Below, in pieces: positions 1-8,838 of a stretch of 64,000 nucleotides of DNA. The notes under the pieces were generated by a model, which was not told the origin of the DNA, ran no database searches, and saw only the letters and a list, made by a program, of their open reading frames with translations. A program made the position numbers and the translations under genes. How positions within the stretch are numbered: position 1 is the first letter of the stretch; each line of letters begins with the position of its first letter. Source of the DNA: Candidatus Dadabacteria bacterium (lineage in GTDB: Bacteria; Desulfobacterota_D; UBA1144; Nemesobacterales; Nemesobacteraceae); assembly GCA_022819805.1 (NCBI GenBank), contig JAJEGO010000014.1:6521-70520 (forward strand), given 5' to 3'.

Positions 1-134
1 AAACGACATCGTGGAGGAAGACCGGCAGAGAATAAGGAAACATGGTTCAGGAATTTTCTGGATTTCTTTACTCCTTGCGGCATGGTAAAGAACATGCTAT
101 CTTTACTGTTATCAATTTTGTAAAGAGGTGCAGA

Positions 135-353
135 ATGCCGAAAGTCAGCAGTAAAAGACAAATCACGCTCCCGGCCAGCCAGTGCGATCAGCTTGGTATT
201 AAGCCTGGTGATAATATTGAAACTTTTGTCGCTGATGGCCGCTTAACCATCGTCAGGAAGGTAGAAGGGGCCGCCCAGAGCCTGCTGCAGCACGTTAAGG
301 GCGATCCTTCAGTGACGGATCAGGAATCCCTGGAAGATGCGCTGGCTCCATGA
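135..353 (+). CDS. AbrB/MazE(SpoVT)-fold antitoxin, VapB-like
   Basis: Small ORF. RBS agaggtg precedes ATG at 135. The start MPKVSSKRQITLPASQCDQLGIKPGDNIE is typical of the swapped-hairpin AbrB/MazE antitoxin fold. Its 4-bp ATGA overlap with the downstream PIN gene is the classic VapBC layout. Confidence 0.6.
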   Translation: MPKVSSKRQITLPASQCDQLGIKPGDNIETFVADGRLTIVRKVEGAAQSLLQHVKGDPSVTDQESLEDALAP

Positions 354-757
354 TTGCGGTCGACACCAACGTGCTGTTGCGTTATCTGCTGAATGACGAT
401 GCGGTGCAGGCCGGTATAGCGGCCAGTCTGATCAAAGGTGGCGATACGGTTCTGATAACTGATGTGGTGCTGGTAGAAACCCTCTGGACGTTAAGCGGGA
501 AGAAGTACCGACTCAACAGAGATCAAATGGCCGCGGTGGTTCACGCATTATTTGAGGAACCGAACATACGCTTTGAAGACGGGCCGGCCGTGTGGATGGC
601 TTTAAATGACTATCTGGAATCTGACGGGGCTGATTTTGCCGATGCTCTGATCATAAACAAGGCCCGCGCGGTAGCCAAAGCGCAGGGCGGGACATTTTCC
701 GGCTCCTACACATTTGATAAAGCCGCCCAGAAGCTGCGAGGAGCCAGAATACCATAG
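350..757 (+). CDS. PIN-domain ribonuclease toxin VapC
   Basis: MIAVDTNVLLRYL...D N-terminus with conserved acidic residues (DTNV, LITD, D...DAL). About 135 aa. Translationally coupled to the upstream antitoxin. Confidence 0.7.
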   Translation: MIAVDTNVLLRYLLNDDAVQAGIAASLIKGGDTVLITDVVLVETLWTLSGKKYRLNRDQMAAVVHALFEEPNIRFEDGPAVWMALNDYLESDGADFADALIINKARAVAKAQGGTFSGSYTFDKAAQKLRGARIP

Positions 758-983
758 AACTCCGATCTTAATGCGCCAGAATCCTTGAATAAAAAAAGCA
801 AAGACAAAAACGTTGAGAGACTGCCCGACATTTCTTTGCGTTTCGCAAGGCGGCGCTGGGTATGAATTAGGTTTTTTCCGGTTTTCTCAGTAAATTTTTA
901 CCCCACATCCGGAGAGGATGATGAAGGGTCCGGGCCGGGGCCCGAAACGCCGGGGGCCGGTTCCAACGCAACGGAGCATCTCG

Positions 984-2546
984 ATGTCAAAACGCTTTAA
1001 TATCTTTCTGGTTTTTGCCGCGTGTTTTCTTTTCGCCCCGGTCGGGGCTGATGCCCTTACGCTTACGCAGGCAAAGATAATGGCCCTTGAGAAAAACCAC
1101 GACATAAGGGTCTGGATGCTCGGCGTCGACGCCGCCCGCGGGGAGCACAAGAGCAGGAAGGGACTCTACGATCCCGAGATAAGCTTCATGGCTTCCTACG
1201 CCGACACAAAAACCCCCGTTTCCAGTTCCTTCATAGAGGACGGAATAACAAACGCGGAGGTCTTCTCCTTCGGAAGCGAACTCTCGGGCAGGCTTCCCAC
1301 AGGAACCTTCTACAAGCTCTACGATCTTGAGGTGTCGAGGACCGAGACCGATTCCCCGATCGATAGCCTCAGCCCTTCGTGGGCCGCGAGCCTCGGTTTC
1401 AGCGTGGGACAGGAGCTTCTCCGCGGCTTCGATATAGCCTCCCACAGGGTGTCCGTGGTGCTCTCGAGAAAAGACAAGAACATATCCGTTTATGAGTTCG
1501 AGCGCGTGGTGGCTAAGACGCTTTTTGATCTTGAGAGAAGCTACTGGGGAGTCGTGGCCGCGGCCCGCGACCGAGACCTTGAGAAAAAAGCCTATGATTT
1601 GGCGCTTGATCTTGAGAGGAGAACCGGAATACAGGTGGAGGTCGGGGTTCTGCCGAGGGTGGCCCTCACCCAAGCGCGCTCAGAGAGCGCCGCCAGGAAG
1701 GTGAGGATGATAAACTCAGAGAACGCCTACGAGGCGTCTATGGACGCACTTAAAAACCTCCTTGTTATCCCCTTGGAGGAAACCGTAGAGCTGCTTGAGA
1801 TAACCGATTCCATGCCGGTTGCGTATGACCCGGTCTCAGAGCTTGAGGCGGTGCTCCAGGCCTTTGAGAAACGTCCCGAGATGCGCCGGGCGGAGCAGGA
1901 GATGGAAAAGGCCCAAGCGCTTAAGACTTTTTACTCCCGCCAGAGGTTGCCGCGTCTCACGGTCGAGGGCCGTCTCGAGTATCTGGGCCTCGGGGGCTCC
2001 GAGAACCCCGACAGGCTCGTCTTCGGGGGGCTTGACAGCGTGTCCCCGCCCTTTGCCGACTCCTCGCATGCCTACGACAGCATCATTGACCGGGATTTTC
2101 CAAGCTGGAGTGTGACGGGGAAACTCAGCTTTCCCGTCTTCGGAAGAAAGGCCGGGGGAGACTACGCGAAGGCCCGCGCCGACTATGACCGTAGCGTCAT
2201 AAGTTACCAGAAGCAGAAAGACGTCGTGCGCCTTGACGTGAGAAACGCCATAAGAGAGATTGCAAGCAGCCGGAAGAAAATGGAGGCCGCCCAGCTTTCC
2301 ACCAACCTCGCCAGGGAAGTGCTCGGAAACGAGGAAGAAAAGTTCAAGGCGGGGCTTTCCACCACCAGAGAGATCCTCGAGGCGCAGAGGGACCTAATAA
2401 GCGCAGAGGCCGGCTACATAAGCGCCTTCGCAAGCTACCGGATTGCCCTGGCCGATCTTGAACGTGCAAGGGGAACCATGATAGAGAGCAACTCCTTTCT
2501 CATAGAGAACCACTCGGACATCGCGCCTTATCTTGAAGTTGACTGA
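984..2546 (+). CDS. TolC-like outer membrane efflux protein (OMF/OEP family)
   Basis: Signal peptide MSKRFNIFLVFAACFLFAPVGADA. Two OEP-like repeats with coiled-coil stretches (LTLTQAKIMALEKNHDIR ... LEAQRDLISAEAGYISAFASYRIALADLERARG). About 520 aa. No adjacent MFP, RND or ABC partner genes. Confidence 0.65.
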   Translation: MSKRFNIFLVFAACFLFAPVGADALTLTQAKIMALEKNHDIRVWMLGVDAARGEHKSRKGLYDPEISFMASYADTKTPVSSSFIEDGITNAEVFSFGSELSGRLPTGTFYKLYDLEVSRTETDSPIDSLSPSWAASLGFSVGQELLRGFDIASHRVSVVLSRKDKNISVYEFERVVAKTLFDLERSYWGVVAAARDRDLEKKAYDLALDLERRTGIQVEVGVLPRVALTQARSESAARKVRMINSENAYEASMDALKNLLVIPLEETVELLEITDSMPVAYDPVSELEAVLQAFEKRPEMRRAEQEMEKAQALKTFYSRQRLPRLTVEGRLEYLGLGGSENPDRLVFGGLDSVSPPFADSSHAYDSIIDRDFPSWSVTGKLSFPVFGRKAGGDYAKARADYDRSVISYQKQKDVVRLDVRNAIREIASSRKKMEAAQLSTNLAREVLGNEEEKFKAGLSTTREILEAQRDLISAEAGYISAFASYRIALADLERARGTMIESNSFLIENHSDIAPYLEVD

Positions 2547-2650
2547 TTCGCCCAGACGGTCGGGCCTGTGTCCTTTCGCTCTGTGGGCTCTTCGTACATT
2601 CTTGATAATCAGATTCTCCGGTATACACTGTTTCGTAAGGGGAAAGCGCC

Positions 2651-2875
2651 ATGGCGGACAAACTAATTGACAGAAATCCCGATATTTTGGGTGGGACTCC
2701 GGTGTTCTCTGGAACCAGAGTTCCCGTACGAATACTGATGGAACACTTGGAAGCGGGAGACAGACTCGACGAGTTCTTGGAAGATTACCCTACGGTAACG
2801 CGCGATCAGGCGGTTGCTGTGCTTGAACGCGCAAAGGCAATGCTCGTGGATAAAGTGGATGAAGCTACTGCTTGA
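2651..2875 (+). CDS. DUF433-family small protein, putative antitoxin
   Basis: 74 aa. The motif IDRNPDILGGTPVFSGTRVPVRILMEHLEAGDRLDEFLEDYPTVTRDQAVAVLERA matches the DUF433 pattern. It overlaps the downstream DUF5615 gene. Confidence 0.6.
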   Translation: MADKLIDRNPDILGGTPVFSGTRVPVRILMEHLEAGDRLDEFLEDYPTVTRDQAVAVLERAKAMLVDKVDEATA

Positions 2876-3185
2876 CGAATCCGTTCCAAAGAGACTTGGT
2901 TCGTTTTTTCCCGATGAGTTTGAAGTGCGCACGGTCCAGCAGATGGGATGGACTGGCAGCAGCAACGGCGATCTGCTGCGCCTCGCCTCCGCCCATGGAT
3001 TTTATGTCCTGATCACGGTAGACCGGGGTATTGAGTATCAGCAGAACTTGGCTTACCTGACAATCCCTGTCATCATCATGATTGCGCATCAAAACCGTTT
3101 ACAGGAATTAAGGCCGCTTATCCCCGAAGTTGTTGCTACTGTTTCCGGTAATCTGCAAAAGCGGATTTATCTTATTTCAGGTTAA
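2859..3185 (+). CDS. DUF5615-family (PIN-like) protein, putative toxin partner of DUF433
   Basis: MKLLLDESVPKRL... N-terminus and about 108 aa match the DUF5615 pattern. The gene overlaps the 3' end of the DUF433 ORF by 17 bp. Confidence 0.55.
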   Translation: MKLLLDESVPKRLGSFFPDEFEVRTVQQMGWTGSSNGDLLRLASAHGFYVLITVDRGIEYQQNLAYLTIPVIIMIAHQNRLQELRPLIPEVVATVSGNLQKRIYLISG

Positions 3186-3217
3186 GTCAGTGTGGATTGT
3201 ATTTATAGGAGATTGCC

Positions 3218-3484
3218 ATGACTGAAAATCTTGATCGATTTGAACCGAAATGGCTGTTGCCGCCGCCTGGAGATACGATTCTTGACATCTTGGAAGAGAA
3301 GAACTGGACTCAGTCTGAATTCGCTGTCCGCATGGACTACACGACGAAACACGTAAGCCAGCTTGTACAAGGCGAGGCGGTGATTGCGGAGGATACAGCG
3401 CTTCGACTGGAACAGGTGCTGGGTGGCGGTGCGGAGTTCTGGCTGTCAAGAGAGGCGAGATATCGCGAGGCTATTAAACGCTAA
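3218..3484 (+). CDS. HigA-family XRE-type HTH antitoxin-like protein
   Basis: 88 aa. PGDTILDILEEKNWTQSEFAVRMDYTTKHVSQLVQGEAVIAEDTALRLEQVLGGGAEFWLSREARY matches the HigA addiction-module antidote architecture. RBS ggagattgccATG. No HigB/RelE-like ORF lies upstream. Confidence 0.6.
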   Translation: MTENLDRFEPKWLLPPPGDTILDILEEKNWTQSEFAVRMDYTTKHVSQLVQGEAVIAEDTALRLEQVLGGGAEFWLSREARYREAIKR

Positions 3485-3526
3485 ATGCCTTCCGTTGTTT
3501 ATCTCTCGGAAGCATGCTTTCCCTGG

Positions 3527-3640
3527 AAATTTCCTTAAGAAAGAAAACCCTGAAAACCTTTCTTTAGCCGAGTTTTAAGGAAAGCTTCTTTAATTTAGAG
3601 TTTCCTTAAAGAAAGGATACCCCCAAATCTTTTCCTTAGC
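3527..3640. repeat. Array of about 4-5 degenerate copies of a 14-bp palindromic motif (TTTCCTTAAGAAAG / CTTTCTTAAGGAAA) between convergent genes
   Basis: tttccttaagaaag at 3530-3543. ttaaggaaa at 3575-3583 is inverted relative to tttccttaa at 3601-3609, a perfect 9-bp inverted repeat with a 17-nt loop. Partial copies ctttctttag at 3559-3568 and ttttccttag at 3630-3639. Confidence 0.4.
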
Positions 3641-3650
3641 TGGGTGGCGT

Positions 3651-5216
3651 TTAGTGCTTAAAGTGTCTTTTGCCGGTAAAGACCATCGCCATCGAGTGTT
3701 CGTCCGCGGCGGCGATGATTTCCTCGTCCCTTACCGATCCCCCGGGCTGCGCTATTGCCGTGATTCCCGCCCGCGCCGCTTCGTCAACGCCGTCTCTGAA
3801 AGGAAAAAACGCGTCTGAGGCGAGAACCGAACCGTCTGTCGGTGTACGGGCCTTCATCCCCGCGATCCTTACGGAATCGACCCTGCTCATCTGCCCCGCT
3901 CCTATGCCCACCGTCCGCAGGTCCCTCGCGTAGACAATGGCGTTTGACTTGGTGTGCCGGCAGACTTTCCAGGCAAACCGGAGATCCGCCATCTCCTCGG
4001 GGGTGGGTTTTCTTTCGGTCGGGATCTTTATCTCTGAAAAATCATCCCCCCATCCCCTGTCGCTTTGCTGTATAAGCGCCCCGCCCGTCACTTTCTTTAT
4101 GTCGAAGGCGCCCGCCCCGCCGATGTCCATGCCCCCCGAGAGAAGCACCCGGAGGTTTTTCCTTGCCGATAGCAGCATAAGCGCCTTCTCCGAGAAACCC
4201 GGAGCTATCAGGACCTCGGCGAACATCTCCGCTATTTCCTCGGCCGCGGTCTCGTCAACTTCCCTGTTAAAGGCGATTATCCCGCCGAAAGCGCTTTCCG
4301 GGTCGCATTCCCTCGCCCGGGAGAATGCCTCTGCGGGAGTGGCACCGAGCGCCGCGCCGCAGGGGTTGTTGTGCTTCACTATCACGCAGGCGGTATCCCC
4401 AAACTCCCTCACTAGCTCGAAGGCGGAGTCGGTGTCGTATATGTTGTTAAGCGAAAGCTCCTTTCCCTGAAGCTGCCTTGCGTTCGCCACGCAGTGCGCC
4501 CCGGCGATATTGCTTTCCGCGTAGAAGGCGCCAAGCTGGTGAGGATTTTCCCCGTAGCGGAGATCAAGCTTTTTCTCAAGATACAGGGTGTAGGTTGCCG
4601 GGAGGGGATTTCTCGCCCCTCCGGGTTCCACGGACGATAGGTAGTTCGATATGGCCGCGTCGTATCTCGAAACGTAGGAAAAGGCCTTTGCCGAGAGGCG
4701 GAAATTGGTCTCGGGGGAGATTCTCCCCTTGTTTTTCCGAAGCTCCCTGAGTACTGTCCCGTAGTCGGCCGGATCCGTGAGCACGGTCACCGACGCGTGG
4801 TTTTTGGCGGCGGCCCGAAGCATAGCGGGCCCACCTATGTCTATGTTCTCTATCGCTTCGGAAAACGTGGTTTTCTCTTTTGCGACCACTTCCTCAAACG
4901 GATAGAAGTTGACCACGAGCATGTCTATGGGCTCTATGGAGTTCGCCGCCATTTCCTCTGCGTGGCGCTTATCGTCCCTTATTCCGAGAAGGCCCCCGTG
5001 GATCCTCGGATGAAGTGTTTTCACCCTTCCGCCGAGTATTTCCGGGAAGCCCGTGTAATCCGAGATTTCCGTTACCTTCGCTCCGCCGTCGCGAAGCCTC
5101 TTGGCGGTTCCCCCGGTTGAGAGCATCTCGACGCCCAGCTCCCCGAGACCCTTCGCGAGCTTGGCTATCCCCTTTTTATCGTAAACGCTTATTACCGCTC
5201 TTCTTATCTTTGTCAT
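3651..5216 (-). CDS. purH: Bifunctional AICAR transformylase / IMP cyclohydrolase PurH
   Basis: 521 aa. N-terminal MGS-like domain (RRAVISVYDKKGIAKLAKGL..LSTGGTAK) and a C-terminal AICARFT domain. Confidence 0.9.
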   Translation of the reverse strand: MTKIRRAVISVYDKKGIAKLAKGLGELGVEMLSTGGTAKRLRDGGAKVTEISDYTGFPEILGGRVKTLHPRIHGGLLGIRDDKRHAEEMAANSIEPIDMLVVNFYPFEEVVAKEKTTFSEAIENIDIGGPAMLRAAAKNHASVTVLTDPADYGTVLRELRKNKGRISPETNFRLSAKAFSYVSRYDAAISNYLSSVEPGGARNPLPATYTLYLEKKLDLRYGENPHQLGAFYAESNIAGAHCVANARQLQGKELSLNNIYDTDSAFELVREFGDTACVIVKHNNPCGAALGATPAEAFSRARECDPESAFGGIIAFNREVDETAAEEIAEMFAEVLIAPGFSEKALMLLSARKNLRVLLSGGMDIGGAGAFDIKKVTGGALIQQSDRGWGDDFSEIKIPTERKPTPEEMADLRFAWKVCRHTKSNAIVYARDLRTVGIGAGQMSRVDSVRIAGMKARTPTDGSVLASDAFFPFRDGVDEAARAGITAIAQPGGSVRDEEIIAAADEHSMAMVFTGKRHFKH

Positions 5217-5376
5217 GAATGAAATCTCCTTTTCGGAATCGGGGCGCGCCTCAGGTGGAATCGGATAATTGAGATTATCACAGCCGCCCGGATTTTCAAT
5301 TCCCGGCTTACATATAATCCGGTTTTTCGGTACAATATCAGAGATAAAGCGCAGCAGTTGCGCCGGAGAAGCGCAG

Positions 5377-6153
5377 ATGGGAAAAGAGAGATCCGCTCAG
5401 CTAAAAGTAGGGATTTTCGTTCTGGTGTCAATCGCTATTTTCGTTTACGGAGTTTTCACGATAAGCGGCCAGGAGGAACTCTTTGAGAAGGAGTACACGG
5501 TAAAGACTTACTTTGATAACACCGCGGGGCTCCTTGAAGGTGCCTACGTGCGCCTCTCGGGCGTTGGAGTGGGGTCGGTTTCCTCCATCCGCTTTTCTGA
5601 TGACCCCTCCCTGGGGAAAGTTCAGGTAGTGATGGAGATAAACAAGCGGGCACTTGCCAGGGTCTCGACTGACTCTCACGCCACGATCAAGACAGAAGGG
5701 CTTTTGGGAGCGAAATTCGTCGAGATAGTTCCCGGCCGGGGAGAGAGCATAGGGAAAGCTCGCGACGGAATCGTTATAAGGGGCTACACGTCGCCCGAGA
5801 TGCAGGAGATAATAAGCCAGTCAGAGGAGTTCGTCACGAACCTTACGGCTATCTCGAGGAACCTGGACAAGATAGTGGCGGCGTTTGCGGATGAGAATCA
5901 GGAGGGTTTCCTGCACACCCTGATCTACGATGAGCAGTTCGCTACGGACATGAAAAGCTTCTCCTCCAACCTGGCCGAGGTTTCACGGATGATCAGGGAA
6001 GGGGAGGGCTCGATCGGGGGGCTTGTAGTCGATCCGTCGGTTCACGATGCGCTTAAAGGAGTGCTCGGGGAGGCCGAGAGAAACAGGTTCGTGCGTTCCG
6101 CCGTGAGGTATATGATAGAAGAAAAGGAGAAAAGGGCGTCGGAAGAGCATTAG
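5377..6153 (+). CDS. MCE/MlaD-domain protein (periplasmic substrate-binding component of an Mla-like system)
   Basis: N-terminal TM helix (LKVGIFVLVSIAIFVYGVF) followed by an MCE domain (YTVKTYFDNTAGLLEGAYVRLSGVGVGSV...). No mlaE/mlaF neighbours. Confidence 0.6.
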   Translation: MGKERSAQLKVGIFVLVSIAIFVYGVFTISGQEELFEKEYTVKTYFDNTAGLLEGAYVRLSGVGVGSVSSIRFSDDPSLGKVQVVMEINKRALARVSTDSHATIKTEGLLGAKFVEIVPGRGESIGKARDGIVIRGYTSPEMQEIISQSEEFVTNLTAISRNLDKIVAAFADENQEGFLHTLIYDEQFATDMKSFSSNLAEVSRMIREGEGSIGGLVVDPSVHDALKGVLGEAERNRFVRSAVRYMIEEKEKRASEEH

Positions 6154-6229
6154 AATTTCCGCGAAAAGCGGGCTTTGCTCCTGGCGGCGCTTTAATATCA
6201 AGTCAGAGAATTTTAAGGAGGTAATAGAA

Positions 6230-7009
6230 ATGTTAACTAGAAGATTTTTGGTTTTTTTAATTGCACTTGTTTTCTGCGCCGTCCCGCTCACGGCGACGCA
6301 CGCGGATCAGTGCTCGACCAAGGCGGCGGGCAGCTCCACTTCGCTTCCGGGTCCCCAGCTCGTAACCGGCGCGTGGATGTTCATCGCGGCCTACAAGGCC
6401 GATCCGGAAGTATTGAAATCGATGCTTCCGGCGGGCCTAAAGCCGCATCCGAACAATCACATAGTCATCAACATGTACACGGTTCCCGACAAGAACCAGA
6501 CCTCGGGATTCGGGGCGTACACGCTCACCTATCTCACGGTCGAGCTTGACGGAAACGACTCGTACGTTATGGATTCGGACATAACCTACCCGGGAAGGTA
6601 TTTCGTCCAGTACTACAACAGCTCTCCCAGGATGAGGGAATTCACGAAGGCTGTCGGCATTCCCGCACAGGAGGGAATGACTACCACGGTGGTAAAGGAC
6701 GGCGTGCTTACGGCAAAGCTTGAAGTCGGCGGCAAGACGATGATCAAGGCAACGGCCGAGGTCGGGAGCGAGCTCGGAGGTTTCGGCGGAGGGCACCTCA
6801 ACTACTTCGGCTATCTGAAGGAGAAGGGGAAAGTGGTCAAGTACCCGATTCCGTGGAACGGGGGAACGGTGTCCATGGCCAACCCGAAAATAATGATCAA
6901 GGCCCCCAAGGACCATACGCTCAGCAAGCTCAAGCCGCTTGGAGACCCCACCTGGGCCATCTGGACCAAGGGAAGCTTCGTCTACCCCCAGTACCAGGTA
7001 ATGAACTGA
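6230..7009 (+). CDS. Secreted hypothetical protein (signal peptide, about 235-aa mature domain)
   Basis: Strong RBS aaggaggtaatagaaATG. Signal peptide MLTRRFLVFLIALVFCAVPLTATHA. No motif recognised with confidence. Confidence 0.4.
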   Translation: MLTRRFLVFLIALVFCAVPLTATHADQCSTKAAGSSTSLPGPQLVTGAWMFIAAYKADPEVLKSMLPAGLKPHPNNHIVINMYTVPDKNQTSGFGAYTLTYLTVELDGNDSYVMDSDITYPGRYFVQYYNSSPRMREFTKAVGIPAQEGMTTTVVKDGVLTAKLEVGGKTMIKATAEVGSELGGFGGGHLNYFGYLKEKGKVVKYPIPWNGGTVSMANPKIMIKAPKDHTLSKLKPLGDPTWAIWTKGSFVYPQYQVMN

Positions 7010-7039
7010 ACTTAAAGTAACCATAATTTTCAGGGGTTG

Positions 7040-7080
7040 CGCTCCGAAGCCTCCCGCTTCGGGGGGCGCCCCTTTTTTTC
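7040..7080 (+). terminator. Rho-independent terminator after the 6230-7009 gene
   Basis: GC-rich hairpin ctccgaagc-ctcc-gcttcgggg followed by the run cccctttttttc. Confidence 0.6.
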
Positions 7081-7090
7081 TCTTGCCGAC

Positions 7091-7705
7091 ATGACCAGAT
7101 CGGATTACCCCGTTTTATTTGTAATAAGCGAGATAAACGCGTTTTTCGTGCTGCTTCTCTTCTTCACGCTCCGCGCGGAGATGCCCGGCGTGTACTCCAC
7201 GCTTGCGGGGGTGCAGTGGGGGCTTTTCATACTGAGTCCCGTGATCCACTTTCTTTTTCTCCGGTTTTTCTCCCAGTGGTCCTCGCTTGTCCAGTTCGCG
7301 AAGTTCTGTATGATAAGCTTTTCAAACCTCGTGATCGACTTCGGGATACTCAACCTGCTCATCTATTACTCCGGGGTGGCCGAGGGGATTCTCTACTCGG
7401 TTTTCAAGGCGGCTTCCTTTATCCTGGCGAACGTTAATGGGTATGCGTGGAACAAGTTCTGGACGTTTCAAAGCAATGGGGCCGAGGGGTGGATGAACCA
7501 GCTAATAAAATTCTTCGCCGTAGTGGGCGTGGGGCTTGTGATAAACGTTGCGGTCGCTTCCTACGTGGTCGCCGAGTTCGGCGGTTCGGGAGGGTCCATC
7601 TCCTCCACGGTGTGGGCGAACATAGGAGCCGCGGTGTCTTTGATATTCACGCTTTTCTGGAATTTTTTCGGCCTTAAGTATCTGGTTTTCGAGAAAAAGT
7701 CGTGA
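7091..7705 (+). CDS. GtrA-family integral membrane protein
   Basis: Four predicted TM helices. GtrA-like motifs FAKFCMISFSNLVIDFGILNLL and NVNGYAWNKFWTFQ. Confidence 0.55.
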   Translation: MTRSDYPVLFVISEINAFFVLLLFFTLRAEMPGVYSTLAGVQWGLFILSPVIHFLFLRFFSQWSSLVQFAKFCMISFSNLVIDFGILNLLIYYSGVAEGILYSVFKAASFILANVNGYAWNKFWTFQSNGAEGWMNQLIKFFAVVGVGLVINVAVASYVVAEFGGSGGSISSTVWANIGAAVSLIFTLFWNFFGLKYLVFEKKS

Positions 7706-7907
7706 AGAAATAACGTCAAGCACTTTGCCGAGACACGACAATTAACCTGGTTGGGAGTTATATATAATCCTAACCAAGAGAGAATAGATGGAGACGTTTA
7801 AATCTCTTAATCGTCAAAGTCTCTTATAATTTTTTCGGGATACCATTTTACGCCGTCAAACGTTATCAGGTAATATCCACTATCCGAAAAGCCCGAGGGG
7901 TGTTCAA

Positions 7908-8144
7908 TTGAGCATGGACTCGAAAAAACTAGCAAAGACAGGAACCGAAAACCTCAATGTCGCAATCTTGAGTGTCCTGCGTACAAACGGCTGGCTTACA
8001 GTTAGAGAAATTTCAGAAAAACTCGCTATACCTTATAGGTGTGGTTGTAGAAACTTGATTAGACCCTTTTTGTGGGAATTACGCAGAGAGGGTCGGGTCG
8101 TCAAAGAGAAAAAACACGGTTGGAAATGGGGTTTGCCTGTCTGA
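7908..8144 (+). CDS. Small hypothetical protein, possibly winged-helix DNA-binding, in the AT-rich islet
   Basis: 78-aa ORF in a region of about 33-40% GC. The stretch ILSVLRTNGWLTVREISEKL resembles a recognition helix. Weak call. Confidence 0.3.
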   Translation: MSMDSKKLAKTGTENLNVAILSVLRTNGWLTVREISEKLAIPYRCGCRNLIRPFLWELRREGRVVKEKKHGWKWGLPV

Positions 8145-8217
8145 GTCTCGGGGATGTCCAGTCAAGAATGTAATTGAACCGATTGATGCAACGCCGGAAC
8201 AGATATAGAAGGTTGCT

Positions 8218-8493
8218 ATGAAAAGAGCAATTTTCTTGTTGTTAGTTTGTTGCATCCTGTTTTTACCAGTTGATGTAAAAGCCGGTTGCAACGATACAGA
8301 ACTCGCTCTATACAGAGAGTGCATGATTGTATCTGAACTGGCAGAAAATATACTAACTTCGCCAGGGTCGTATGAATGGGAAGAGATGGAACGGATAGCA
8401 GACTATATGGAAATATGTGCCAAATTTTTTAGTAGCGACATAGGCAGAATCAACGATTGTAAGAGGCGAGCGTTAGGGAAGCCAAACCCATAA
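8218..8493 (+). CDS. Small secreted Cys-containing hypothetical protein in the AT-rich islet
   Basis: Signal-peptide-like N-terminus MKRAIFLLLVCCILFLPVDVKA. Four further Cys. About 30% GC. Confidence 0.3.
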   Translation: MKRAIFLLLVCCILFLPVDVKAGCNDTELALYRECMIVSELAENILTSPGSYEWEEMERIADYMEICAKFFSSDIGRINDCKRRALGKPNP

Positions 8494-8672
8494 CTACTTA
8501 TTGCGGATTAAAGAACATTGGGAAAAGCAAGAATTTTCCAATGGAAAGCTCAAATATTGCCGAAGAGAGGGTGAATTTATCAATAAAACGGTGGCGGATT
8601 TGTCAATAGGAATCGGGCACATTTGATATTAGCGTGACAACCAGAATTCAAATACGGCCTGTGGAGAGTGAG

Positions 8673-8746
8673 AGCGGGCGACGGGATTCGAACCCGCGAC
8701 CCTTGGCTTGGGAAGCCAATGCTCTGGCCAGCTGAGCTACACCCGC
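8673..8746 (-). tRNA. tRNA-Gly (anticodon CCC)
   Basis: Manual fold of the reverse complement GCGGGTG-TA-GCTC-AGCTGGCCA-GAGC-A-TTGGC-TTCCCAA-GCCAA-GGGTC-GCGGG-TTCGAAT-CCCGT-CGCCCGC-T. The 7-bp acceptor stem includes one G-U pair. The T-loop is TTCGAAT. The anticodon loop TTCCCAA gives anticodon CCC. CCA is not encoded. Confidence 0.8.
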
Positions 8747-8838
8747 AATACCCAGAGGACTTTATACGGATATCGCCTACAAATCAAACCCGTGATTGGG
8801 GATGGTTCTCCAGATAACCGACCCGCGTTTCAGATATA

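Noticed and set aside
3670-4470. Several plus-strand ORFs (87-177 aa) lying antisense inside purH
   Set aside because: Proline, arginine and serine-rich low-complexity translations, typical of the antisense frames of a GC-rich gene. purH fully explains the region.
6230-7009. Possible acetoacetate-decarboxylase-like fold assignment for the secreted 259-aa protein
   Set aside because: Based only on size and a vague beta-rich composition. No catalytic motif recognised, so kept as hypothetical.
8079-8324. 81-aa minus-strand ORF in the AT-rich islet
   Set aside because: It overlaps both plus-strand small ORFs, has no RBS, and its translation looks random. Low confidence in any coding call here, so not reported.
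8494-8672. Possible integrase or att site between the islet and tRNA-Gly
   Set aside because: No ORF and no recognisable repeat of the tRNA 3' end found by eye. Left as a check under the islet finding rather than annotated.
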